From IMG/VR virus record IMGVR_UViG_3300027749_000137, positions 1 through 54,940 of that record: 54,940 nt of DNA; one strand, 5' to 3'. The position numbers and the translations under genes are program-made. The notes beneath the pieces are model-generated. The model did no database searches. It had not been told where the DNA came from and saw only the letters and a list, made by a program, of their open reading frames with translations. The first letter of the stretch is position 1. Each line of letters starts with the position of its first letter. Below, piece after piece: positions 18,197-26,356 of the stretch. The DNA comes from a virus (taxonomy: Duplodnaviria > Caudoviricetes).

Positions 18197-19666
18197 TCAA
18201 TAATACTCAAGGGCTCCTAGCTCTACCTTTTCCTCATCCTGTTCATCAGAATCCAAAGCAATAAAATTCCCTTGACGGAATCTTGTCCAAGCCATAACCG
18301 TTGAGTCCACCTGATCGTCATGCGCCCCATTAGGAAACGATGCACATTCTTCAACAAGCTCTTGCGCCCACTCCAAATCCGCCGGATACCAGATCATTCC
18401 CGATTCCAACAAGGGAGCTACCGCATTAGCACGCGATATCTTATCCTGCCCGGTCCGTCTGCCGCCGGGTGAGTACATCGTAACCGGAATCCCTATGCGG
18501 CGCAATTCCTGTTGCAATGGCGTGCCAGTAGCCTTGGCCTCGATCAAAACATTATCGGGATTCCAATAAAGGTACTCGGACCGCGCAACGCGCTTCAATT
18601 CAGGAAAGTCCCACCGCCCGCGCTTCACGTTGAGCAAGATCAGATTGGGGCCCGAGTCGGCAGAAGGGGTGAACACGCCCCACGTCGAGATGACAGAGTA
18701 GTCCGCCGTCTCCTTCTTGGAGTACGCAGTATCGTAGGACTGGATGATGTATTCGCAGGCCGGGGGTTCATCGTAAGTCCACTTGCGCCACCAATCGCGC
18801 TTCAAGATTGCGCCTTCATCGTTGGTGGGCTGCTGCTGCCACTGGGCATTCCACTTCTTTAAACCAATGCTGACTTTGACTTTTTCTAGCTCATCTATAT
18901 GCCAATACTCGGGCCAAAGTGCGCGGCCCGAGGGAAGAATGGCAGGAAATTCCAAGATCTCCCATTGATCTGACTTTAACTGCCCTTGCTGCCTTAGTAA
19001 GCGCCCTGTAAGGTCATCGGTCTTCCAGCGGGTATTAATGATGATGATCGAGCCGTTGGGCTGGAGACGCTGACGGGGGCCCGAGGTATACCACTCCCAA
19101 GTGTTCTCCATGGCTGTCTCGGACAGAGCGTCCTGCTCGTCCAAGATATCGTCCAGAATGACAATGTCACCGCCGCGCCCGGTCATCGCGCCGCCCTTAC
19201 CGATGAAATAGGCTTCCCCACCACCCTTCGTGTTCCACCGACCAGCAGCCTTGCTGTCAGCAGAAAGGCCCACGGACGGGAAAAGTTCCTTGTACTTATC
19301 TTCCTCGACAAGGTTTCGGATCATCCGGCCAAAGCGTTGGGCCAGCTCGGCAGTATGGGAGCCGACAATGAGTTTAGAAGCGGGGATCTTGCCCATCAGG
19401 TAGGCGGGGAACAGATAACTGCCCATCTGTGACTTGCCGTGGCGCGGGGGCATGGCGATCATGAGCCGCTTGCATTTGCCCTCGATCACCCGGTCAAAAG
19501 CCTTGGCAATCCGCTTGTGGTGTTCCCCGATGATGATCTCGGGCCAGACGTAGCGGCAAAACTCTAGGAAGTTGGTGGTGGCCTTGTCCCGGATTTCAAT
19601 TTGACGTAGGCGTAGCTCCAGCAGGAGGCGTTTATGTTCGACATCGGGGGCTTCATTTGGGGCCAT
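18197..19666 (-). CDS. terL: Terminase large subunit
   Basis: MPPRHGKS Walker A, ILDD Walker B, SYDTA and HDDQVDS nuclease motifs; start uncertain (19666 preferred). Confidence 0.93.
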   Translation of the reverse strand: MAPNEAPDVEHKRLLLELRLRQIEIRDKATTNFLEFCRYVWPEIIIGEHHKRIAKAFDRVIEGKCKRLMIAMPPRHGKSQMGSYLFPAYLMGKIPASKLIVGSHTAELAQRFGRMIRNLVEEDKYKELFPSVGLSADSKAAGRWNTKGGGEAYFIGKGGAMTGRGGDIVILDDILDEQDALSETAMENTWEWYTSGPRQRLQPNGSIIIINTRWKTDDLTGRLLRQQGQLKSDQWEILEFPAILPSGRALWPEYWHIDELEKVKVSIGLKKWNAQWQQQPTNDEGAILKRDWWRKWTYDEPPACEYIIQSYDTAYSKKETADYSVISTWGVFTPSADSGPNLILLNVKRGRWDFPELKRVARSEYLYWNPDNVLIEAKATGTPLQQELRRIGIPVTMYSPGGRRTGQDKISRANAVAPLLESGMIWYPADLEWAQELVEECASFPNGAHDDQVDSTVMAWTRFRQGNFIALDSDEQDEEKVELGALEYY

Positions 19667-19860
19667 GGGCAGACTCGTAAGGTTCTGAATTTTTATAGTA
19701 TACCCCCACCCTTGCCTTTTTAAAAACAAGGGGGTGGGGTCGATAACTCCCGATTACCCTGTTATTTGTCTAAAACAGGGGCGAAGCTGACGCTGAGCAA
19801 GCCGGTGCCTTTATGGCCCTCCCCCCTCTAAGAAAGACAGAGACAGACAGTCAGAGAGTT

Positions 19861-19967
19861 GCGGGCCCACCCACCCCCGCCACCACCTTTGAGGGAAAAA
19901 TAGAAAGAAGAAGTAAGGGTAAACACCTATTGACACGGCGGGCCCACCCACCCCCGCCACCACCTTT
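19861..19967. repeat. Exact 30-bp direct repeat pair, G-rich on the minus strand
   Basis: GCGGGCCCACCCACCCCCGCCACCACCTTT at 19861-19890 and 19938-19967. Confidence 0.9.
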
Positions 19968-20114
19968 AGGGACTGATAGTTATCAGTTTATATTGCGATA
20001 TTGGCAATCATTCAAGCGACCCTATTACATTTGGCAAGCATCGCGTAAGTGCTTGATTTATAAGGCTTTTTTGGGAATTGCTTAGGTGCGCGGACTGGGG
20101 CGCTGCGCACAGGC

Positions 20115-20143
20115 AAAAGAAAAGCGGCCCAGTTGGGCCGCTT
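20115..20143 (-). terminator. Intrinsic terminator ending the early cassettes
   Basis: AAGCGGCCC stem followed by a T-tract on the minus strand; a second hairpin AACTGGGCCC-GT-GGGCCCAGTT lies at 20149-20170. Confidence 0.7.
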
Positions 20144-20175
20144 AGGGTAACTGGGCCCGTGGGCCCAGTTCGGGG

Positions 20176-20454
20176 TTACTCTGCTGCTGCTGCTGCTTCG
20201 CGTGCTTTGTATGCTTCTTTGGAAGCAGTGCTTAAGCGTACAGCTTCCTCTTCAGGGTAAAGATCCACTTCTTCAATTTGCACGCTAGCAAATTTGCTAG
20301 CGTATGCGAAGTCTGTGCCATCATAATTGCAGAGGCTAGAAGCTTTGCGCAGTGTGCCGATGAACCCGATAAACGCTTGCAGTTCTTTGGTGGAAACGCT
20401 CTCAGGGATCACCAGCTTGCAGTCCCATCCGAGGTTCAATATACGAGTCTTCAT
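20176..20454 (-). CDS. Hypothetical early protein
   Basis: 92 aa; AGAAAGGATAG SD; own promoter motif. Confidence 0.75.
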   Translation of the reverse strand: MKTRILNLGWDCKLVIPESVSTKELQAFIGFIGTLRKASSLCNYDGTDFAYASKFASVQIEEVDLYPEEEAVRLSTASKEAYKAREAAAAAE

Positions 20455-20501
20455 TTTGCTATCCTTTCTAGGGTTGATTGTCAGCGGCTGCTGACATGGA
20501 C

Positions 20502-20544
20502 ATTATAAGCCAGCCCCACGGGGCTGGCCCACAATTCTTTCTAT
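20502..20544 (-). promoter_or_regulatory. Early-cassette promoter (degenerate ATAG box, N22, TATAAT)
   Basis: Same spacing as the other cassette promoters; the spacer is a hairpin. Confidence 0.55.
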
Positions 20545-20547
20545 CGA

Positions 20548-20967
20548 TTAATCGAACGTGATAGATACGCACGTGCCGGACAGTGCCGACTCGACATCAA
20601 AGTTGTTATCCATCCAGTCCTGCACCTTTTGATCTAGATCGATGTCATCGATGGCCTCATCGATCTGGCGGGTAATTTCGTGGCTGTGATTTTCAAGTGC
20701 CACTTCCACTGAACTGTGAACAGCAGTAAAGGCCTTTTGAATTTCGGCCTCGATCAATTCGCGCAGTGGTGCGTTGGCAGCGGCCATGTCGGACTGGTGC
20801 AGTTTGATGGCTGTATTCAATACTGAATACACAGCAGTGAGTAACGCTGCCGAATTGTCAGAGCCATTGGCCAGTTCAGTTGCACGGGCCAGCGCCGTAT
20901 CCATGTTGTCATACGTCACAAACAGGTTGTTTGTGTACGTGGCAAGAGTAGTTCCGTAGACTTTCAT
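20548..20967 (-). CDS. Hypothetical early protein
   Basis: Start refined to MKVYGTTL by the AGAAAGGATAG SD. Confidence 0.75.
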   Translation of the reverse strand: MKVYGTTLATYTNNLFVTYDNMDTALARATELANGSDNSAALLTAVYSVLNTAIKLHQSDMAAANAPLRELIEAEIQKAFTAVHSSVEVALENHSHEITRQIDEAIDDIDLDQKVQDWMDNNFDVESALSGTCVSITFD

Positions 20968-21018
20968 TTTGCTATCCTTTCTAGGTTGATGATGTAGCCC
21001 CACTGGGGGACTGTCTGA

Positions 21019-21072
21019 ATTATAGCCCAGTGGGGTAACAAACCAGCCCCAGCCCCGATTGTATTTTTCAAT
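21019..21072 (-). promoter_or_regulatory. Early-cassette promoter (ATTG-N7-CAAT, N33, TATAAT)
   Basis: Shared dyad ATTGAAAAATACAAT and a perfect -10 element. Confidence 0.55.
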
Positions 21073-21097
21073 TAAACCAGCCCCACCGATAGCGCCC

Positions 21098-21225
21098 AAG
21101 CTTCGCGGCCCTTCGCTGCGCGAGCCCTTCGGGCGCGGGCCGCGAAGCTTGGGACGTGGTGCGCGGTCCGCGCACCACGCAGCGCGGTGCATTTTCACTG
21201 GTGCACGCAGCGCGGCGCGCGGCTT
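21098..21225. repeat. GC-rich degenerate heptamer array with perfect inverted repeats
   Basis: AAGCTTCGCGGCCC/GGGCCGCGAAGCTT and CGTGGTGCGCGG-T-CCGCGCACCACG; 7-bp periodicity NYGNNNC. Confidence 0.7.
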
Positions 21226-21308
21226 GGTTTCCGATATCGAAAGCAACCTAAAAAAGGCCAGCAAAATTACCCTTTTCCATTGGGCAATTCGCCAGCCTTA
21301 CGCAATAG

Positions 21309-22316
21309 TTAAGCGCTAAGCAATTCCACTGCTCGATTTTTAAGCGCTGCGCCAGTGCCAAACCATGCCGATTCAAGGCGCGTATTGTCGGACCTTCCGC
21401 GCTCATGATCCACCAATTCGGTGACAGCATTAAGCATGGCCCAGCGACTACCAGCAACCCCGTCGATATCGGAACCGATAGCGGCTCCGTTGAATAATTG
21501 CAGCACCCGCTTATAGGCGCGGCTTTCTGTGATATCGATCCGGCCTGTGTGGTAGGGTTTGAGCAATTCGGCAACAAAAGAATCGGCCTCCGCTGCACTC
21601 ATGGTTTCCGCTGCCAATTGGCGGCTCTGAACAATAAAGCGCTCGAATTGATTCGCCACAATCCCCAATTGCAGGCGGACGGTGTCGGCGTCGAAGCGCT
21701 CACTATGCAATACGCGAATGGCACTTTTCAGATATCCCTTTTCGGTTTCCGCTTCGCCCTTCACGGCCTGCCCGTTGGAATAGCCGCCCACTGCCGCCGT
21801 GATTGTGTTATTGCACACCACGCGAATTGCAGTGAATTTCGCAATTGTCGCCATGGTTCCATCGTAGGACGTGCCCAGCAATAGGTACGGCTTGACTAGG
21901 TCCCCGTCTACCACTGGTGCCGCTTCGCCCACGCTCGCCAGTGCCCAAACCCTGCGCCCGTAACTAAGGGCTCCGGCTGTCTCCAATTGAAAACCGCCAA
22001 GCGCTACTAAGTCAGAGAAAAAGCCCATTATTTCGGCGGGCTGAACAACGTTATAGCCCTTCGATACTACCGCCAGCGCTGCGCCGGTATCGCTCCGGTG
22101 CAGTACTTTACGCTCCGGCCATGCTTGGGGCTCTGTTGCCGCTGCTGTCTGAAATAGAACGGGGCTCTCCAATACGCTGTAAGACAAGCCAGCTTCGCGG
22201 GTCCAAGTGGGGATATCTGCCCCCGCTGTCAGTGCCTGCCCCAGTCCGTGCCACGGGGTTTTACCTGCGTACGCAATCGCTGCGCTGCCGGTGGTGGTGT
22301 CGATCATATGTGCCAT
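21309..22316 (-). CDS. DUF932-family phage/plasmid protein
   Basis: MAHMI...TPWHGLG, ETAGAL..GRRVWALA, SYDGT, RVVCNNT and W.MLNAVTE..DH motifs. Confidence 0.85.
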   Translation of the reverse strand: MAHMIDTTTGSAAIAYAGKTPWHGLGQALTAGADIPTWTREAGLSYSVLESPVLFQTAAATEPQAWPERKVLHRSDTGAALAVVSKGYNVVQPAEIMGFFSDLVALGGFQLETAGALSYGRRVWALASVGEAAPVVDGDLVKPYLLLGTSYDGTMATIAKFTAIRVVCNNTITAAVGGYSNGQAVKGEAETEKGYLKSAIRVLHSERFDADTVRLQLGIVANQFERFIVQSRQLAAETMSAAEADSFVAELLKPYHTGRIDITESRAYKRVLQLFNGAAIGSDIDGVAGSRWAMLNAVTELVDHERGRSDNTRLESAWFGTGAALKNRAVELLSA

Positions 22317-22370
22317 TTTGCTATCCTTTCTGTTGTTAAAAAATTACCGGTTTTCCTGTTCCGGTGCGCC

Positions 22371-22414
22371 AGTATAAGCGCAATATTCAGTGCCTGCCGA
22401 TTGTATTTTTCAAT
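22371..22414 (-). promoter_or_regulatory. Early-cassette promoter (ATTG-N7-CAAT, N23, TATACT)
   Basis: Dyad identical to the one at 21058-21072. Confidence 0.6.
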
Positions 22415-22478
22415 CGAATTTATCCAGCACCCAGCTAATCCCTATTATGACGGCCAGCGCCACGAAGGCCATTATCAT
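22410..22478 (-). CDS. 22-aa hydrophobic peptide
   Basis: MIMAFVALAVIIGISWVLDKFD; ATGA coupling to the upstream gene. Confidence 0.45.
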   Translation of the reverse strand: MIMAFVALAVIIGISWVLDKFD

Positions 22479-23173
22479 GCTGCCGCCTTTCCGCAATCCC
22501 CTGCGATATGGTGCCGCAACATGCTGCCACGGGGCAAACCATGCGCGAAGGCGCGGACGGCCTGCGCATCATTGGCGGCCCCTTTCTTTTTAGTAGCATG
22601 CCACTGTATAGCAGTGGGGCCCGATGCTGCATAGCAACCCCCTTCGGCATCGGTGCCGACTCTCTTTTTTCCGGTACCGTGCCCAACGAACACCACCACA
22701 TAATCACGTTGACCACGTGCGCATAGTGGGGAACCATTCCCGCACTGCTGGCATGTGAATGAATCGGACAATTCGGCAGGGCACCGGACAAACCCGATAC
22801 CGTGGAATTTTCGGGGCCATTGGTCCGCGCTATCGTGGGGCGCTGCGTAAACGGCAGGCCTTCCAAGCTCTACAGCGCGTGCCGCATCTTGCATGGTGTC
22901 GCAGCTTGCATTAAATACGGTTTTGCCTTCGGCAGGCAGTGGTAAGGCTTCGGCCTGAAAATGGCTGTAGGTCCAAGCCAAGCCCCCACGGGGAACCGCA
23001 TCATAAACGGCCTGCATATATTCGGCATCGACTAGGTCCGTGCCGGTTTCGCTTTTCGGGTGCAGCTTGCACGTTTTGGGGCACGTGCCATAAGTCTCAT
23101 GTTCGCCTGCGCGATAAGTAACGGCAATGGGGCCGGTTTTGCTGTTGCTGCTGGTTTGTACTGTCTTGAGCAT
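22475..23173 (-). CDS. Cys-rich conserved phage protein (gp88-like, inferred)
   Basis: SNSKTGPI, TCPKTC, WTYSH, RCPA...CQQC...LC and RHHIAGD motifs; start set by the AGAAAGGATA SD. Confidence 0.7.
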   Translation of the reverse strand: MLKTVQTSSNSKTGPIAVTYRAGEHETYGTCPKTCKLHPKSETGTDLVDAEYMQAVYDAVPRGGLAWTYSHFQAEALPLPAEGKTVFNASCDTMQDAARAVELGRPAVYAAPHDSADQWPRKFHGIGFVRCPAELSDSFTCQQCGNGSPLCARGQRDYVVVFVGHGTGKKRVGTDAEGGCYAASGPTAIQWHATKKKGAANDAQAVRAFAHGLPRGSMLRHHIAGDCGKAAA

Positions 23174-23219
23174 GATGTTATCCTTTCTGATATGCCGGAA
23201 CCGTTCCGGCATGGTTTGA

Positions 23220-23262
23220 ATTATGCGGCTATTTGGTTACTCCGTGCATTGTATTTTGCTAT
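23220..23262 (-). promoter_or_regulatory. Early-cassette promoter (ATAG-N7-CAAT, N22, CATAAT)
   Basis: Embedded in the 3' end of the upstream ORF; same architecture as the others. Confidence 0.55.
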
Positions 23263-23469
23263 CGTCTCGCGGCTAATAATAGGTATCGCAGTGCGTGCCG
23301 GAAAGTCCCACGGGAACCCCTCTATTACCATGTTCTCGGCGTATTGTCGGGCGGCCTTAAGAGTATCGAAAGCGCGAACGGCGGTGCGCGTGCTAGGGTA
23401 GCAAACAACGAACTTGACGCGCTCGCGCGGCTTGGGGTGTTGGCGTCGGTAGCTTACGGGATTAGACAT
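23221..23469 (-). CDS. Hypothetical protein
   Basis: 82 aa; overlaps the upstream gene; AGGGG SD. Confidence 0.6.
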   Translation of the reverse strand: MSNPVSYRRQHPKPRERVKFVVCYPSTRTAVRAFDTLKAARQYAENMVIEGFPWDFPARTAIPIISRETIAKYNARSNQIAA

Positions 23470-23878
23470 TTTGAGCCCCTTCGATTACGCGCATAGCGGC
23501 TTCCTCGCCCCCATCACACATACTAACGGCAACGACAATTGCGGCCATTACGTCCGAAAGGGTCTGCTCCCCTGCACCTCGAACGACAGTGGAATAAATA
23601 CCGCCATTTTCTTGGGCGCTATCCCAATCAATATATTGGCTTTCGCGGTACATTTCGATTGTGGTTTTAACCGGCTTTTTAGCAAAAGCCACAGCGTGGC
23701 CCCATAAAATGTATGAGTCAGTTACCGTGCGGCTTTCGGAAAAACGTTCCGATATTCTTTCCTCGTCATAACCCATTGACAACATAAGGGCAATCGTTTG
23801 GACATTTTCCTTGCTCTCATAACCCATGCATTGGCCGTACGCCTCAACAAAGGCTTCTATCTCTTTTGCGGTTTTCAT
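23462..23878 (-). CDS. Hypothetical early protein
   Basis: 138 aa; AGAAAGGATAG SD. Confidence 0.7.
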   Translation of the reverse strand: MKTAKEIEAFVEAYGQCMGYESKENVQTIALMLSMGYDEERISERFSESRTVTDSYILWGHAVAFAKKPVKTTIEMYRESQYIDWDSAQENGGIYSTVVRGAGEQTLSDVMAAIVVAVSMCDGGEEAAMRVIEGAQNV

Positions 23879-23923
23879 CTCTCTATCCTTTCTGTGGTGT
23901 GCGCACTATTGCGACACGGCCCT

Positions 23924-23966
23924 ATGTTAGCCCAAAATACATCCCTGCCTAATTGTATTTTCCTAT
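23924..23966 (-). promoter_or_regulatory. Early-cassette promoter (ATAG-N7-CAAT, N22, TAACAT)
   Basis: Same architecture as the other four cassette promoters. Confidence 0.55.
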
Positions 23967-23968
23967 CA

Positions 23969-24376
23969 CTAAGCCAGTGCCAATAGCTGCCGCAATTTAC
24001 TCCAATCCATGGCGCGGGACGGCCAAGAGGCCATAGGCGCAAGCCTAAGCCCCTGCTGGGCAAGCTCGATAGCATCCTTGCCAGCATAAAGGGATATCGT
24101 GGAAGGGACCAACAAGGAGCCCTCCCGCTTGACCAAAATAAAGCACGGACGGCCCGCTGCTGAGTTGCGGGCCATAAAGGCTATTTGATGTGGCCGAAGG
24201 CCTACCTTCAGGCCGCGAGTGACAACCTTAAGCTCGACCAGCACAAACCGCGAATTAATGCCAATGAGCATGTCCGGAATGCCGAGGTTTACCCGATTCT
24301 CCAGCCGCTCAATATCGCAATTGAGCAGGCTAGTGCGCACGCGCTGGGAAAATTTACTCTCCGGTGTTGTCGCCAT
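23969..24376 (-). CDS. VRR-NUC/Holliday-junction-resolvase-like nuclease
   Basis: PESKF, RLEN...GIPD...VELK...LRPHQ PD-(D/E)xK pattern. Confidence 0.8.
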   Translation of the reverse strand: MATTPESKFSQRVRTSLLNCDIERLENRVNLGIPDMLIGINSRFVLVELKVVTRGLKVGLRPHQIAFMARNSAAGRPCFILVKREGSLLVPSTISLYAGKDAIELAQQGLRLAPMASWPSRAMDWSKLRQLLALA

Positions 24377-25022
24377 GGTCTATCTCGAAAATGTCCGGCG
24401 GGGGCTCCGCCACGCCTGCGTCAAAAATGGGGTCTGCCTGCTTAGCTATGCTGTCCATGACCAAACCGGTGTCAGCGTCAATCAGGGCAGTCGGAGGGGG
24501 ACCGCCGTACAAGCGCTTAAGCTCTTCAAGCTGGTGTTGCACTTCTTCTTTGCTCATGCTGTCAATGGTCCCGTGCCGGATTTCCTTGCGCTCCACGTAG
24601 ATTGTCCCCAGCGCCTGTCCGCGCCGATACTCAGCGGCCACGGCAGCCGAGAACGCCCCAGCCTCCAGCGCCTTGTCGCGGATGATCTGAAGGTCCCGCA
24701 TGTGCCGCTCATAGCTGGTGTTGTACTTTGAGGCCAATTCGGCCCTGTAGGCCTGAATAGCGGCCACCACGTGGGGGTATACCTTGGGGTTCGTTAGCTT
24801 CCACGCCATGACCGATGCGCTGCCCTCTCGGTACCCTGCGCGGATCGCGGCTTCCTTCAGGGTCACACGGCCATCCCCTGAGACGTACTCCTGAACGAAC
24901 TTCCATTCCTTTTCGTTCATAACCTTGCGCTGCTTGCGCAGCGGGACAACTTCCCCAGCCATGCGCTGCTTGGCCTTGTCAGGCACCACAGGCGGCACGT
25001 TCCAAACGTCTTTACGGGTCAT
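24354..25022 (-). CDS. terS: Terminase small subunit
   Basis: KFVQEYV...AAIRAGY..SA....KL...P.V HTH pattern and SAAVAAEYRRG; start refined to MTRKDVW. Confidence 0.75.
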   Translation of the reverse strand: MTRKDVWNVPPVVPDKAKQRMAGEVVPLRKQRKVMNEKEWKFVQEYVSGDGRVTLKEAAIRAGYREGSASVMAWKLTNPKVYPHVVAAIQAYRAELASKYNTSYERHMRDLQIIRDKALEAGAFSAAVAAEYRRGQALGTIYVERKEIRHGTIDSMSKEEVQHQLEELKRLYGGPPPTALIDADTGLVMDSIAKQADPIFDAGVAEPPPDIFEIDHGDNTGE

Positions 25023-25246
25023 GCTGTCCTCCATAGTCGCCAGCCGCCGCTTACCTGCTTCAAGGAGAACTTCCACGTGGGCTCATGCTTCTGGATGAAC
25101 TGGGCAGCAGACACCCGCGCCGAGGTTCCCTTGGGCAGGGTATCAAAAAAGATGCTGTCGCCCACTTCCATATCCTTGAACGGGTAGCGGGTCCTTCCTT
25201 GGGGTATGGGCACATCAGGGTCTATTTGGAGGTTTGTAAGGGACAT
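25019..25246 (-). CDS. Small conserved phage protein, possibly DNA-binding
   Basis: IDPDVPIP...YPFKDMEVGDS...RLWR family pattern. Confidence 0.7.
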   Translation of the reverse strand: MSLTNLQIDPDVPIPQGRTRYPFKDMEVGDSIFFDTLPKGTSARVSAAQFIQKHEPTWKFSLKQVSGGWRLWRTA

Positions 25247-25259
25247 GATATATAAAGCC

Positions 25260-25625
25260 TATCGTAACGCAGATGTAGCTACTTTAAGGGACGTAATTTC
25301 CAGAAGTCAAGCGTTCAGTTTTTCGGGCCTCCTATAGAGTTTTTTCACAAGAATTTATTTTTTAATTTTTTTTTCTCGAAGCGTAGGGACACCCCAGTAA
25401 ATTACACCTACTACAGTACTCAGATTCCACCGTAATGGTATAACCTATTGATTTACATCACTTATTACGCCAATTACACCATTACGTCTATTCTCACAAA
25501 AAAAGATGAAAAAACATTTTTCTTTGGAAAAACCTTATAGGGAACCCCAAAAAAGCATATAAGAACCGCTTTCTTATATGCTTTTGGTTATATAAGACCC
25601 ATACCATAGGGTAAACCCTAGTATC
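25260..25625. other. Putative replication origin/divergent control region
   Basis: Non-coding; long A/T tracts, ATTACRC repeats, flanking imperfect inverted repeat and a 15-bp hairpin; strand switch. Confidence 0.5.
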
Positions 25626-25656
25626 AATTCTACAAATTGACACCCAAAAATAAAGC

Positions 25657-25683
25657 TTGACGTAAGGCTAGGTAAGATACAAT
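25657..25683 (+). promoter_or_regulatory. Putative sigma70 promoter of the rightward array
   Basis: TTGACG-N15-TACAAT (short spacer). Confidence 0.45.
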
Positions 25684-25742
25684 AAACCCCGGGCCTCGGT
25701 CCTCGGACCAGTTTCCATTAACCATCAAGAAAGGATAGATAA

Positions 25743-25961
25743 ATGCAGACACAGATGCCGAATCAAACCAGCATTGCAGACGTAATGCTGAGCATTCCTG
25801 TAGAAGTTCACTACGCGCTAGACAAAGACGGGAGAACGCAAATAGTAGCAGTAAACGTAACGGTAGGGAAAAGCTCTCTAAACGTTATCAGTCTACTTGG
25901 AGAAGATGACTTCTTTGATATTTTTGTCCAACTGGACGATTACTACCACGAGGTGTCCTGA
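25743..25961 (+). CDS. Hypothetical protein
   Basis: 72 aa; AGAAAGGATAG SD. Confidence 0.7.
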   Translation: MQTQMPNQTSIADVMLSIPVEVHYALDKDGRTQIVAVNVTVGKSSLNVISLLGEDDFFDIFVQLDDYYHEVS

Positions 25962-26194
25962 TGAGCTACGTCAACTACTGGCACAAAATCAACGACAAGG
26001 GCGACTACTTTAATTGCAATTTTTACTACGAGCCCGTGGAAAAAGCCACTGCTGATGATCCCCCGAGCCACGGTTCGTGGATCTTGGTCAGTGTGAAGTT
26101 AGCCGGTGTGGACCTGTTTGAACACCTGTCCTACACCACTTTGCGGGACATTGAGGAGTCCTCGCAGATCACTTTTGAAACCATGGGGGAATAA
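25961..26194 (+). CDS. Hypothetical protein
   Basis: 77 aa; TGATG coupling. Confidence 0.7.
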   Translation: MSYVNYWHKINDKGDYFNCNFYYEPVEKATADDPPSHGSWILVSVKLAGVDLFEHLSYTTLRDIEESSQITFETMGE

Positions 26195-26356
26195 ATGCAG
26201 AGTTATCTTTTTTGGTCACAGGAGCATGGTGACGTGTATATACATGCTGAAAACGAGGACAAGGCGTGGGACAAGTTTTACGACACCCACAATGGAAATG
26301 GGGACTACGAGGTTGTGGTCCATTTGTTAGACGAACTAGGAGAGAGCTATGAGTGA
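26195..26356 (+). CDS. Hypothetical protein (53 aa)
   Basis: Hand-translated MQSYLFWSQEHGDVYIHAENEDKAW...; fills the gap exactly. Confidence 0.6.
   Translation: MQSYLFWSQEHGDVYIHAENEDKAWDKFYDTHNGNGDYEVVVHLLDELGESYE

Noticed and set aside
17145-18203. 352-aa plus-strand ORF
   Set aside because: Antisense shadow of the transglycosylase gene; no recognisable motifs.
19861-19967. Mini CRISPR array (two 30-bp repeats, 47-nt spacer)
   Set aside because: Only two repeats, not CRISPR-like in sequence, no cas operon, and the spacer contains promoter-like motifs.
19813-20260. Plus-strand ORFs of 90 and 60 aa
   Set aside because: Low-complexity translations of repeats and hairpins with no SD.
20968-21264. 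N-terminal extension of the 238-aa ORF
   Set aside because: Runs through a promoter and GC repeats; the strong SD places the start at 20967.
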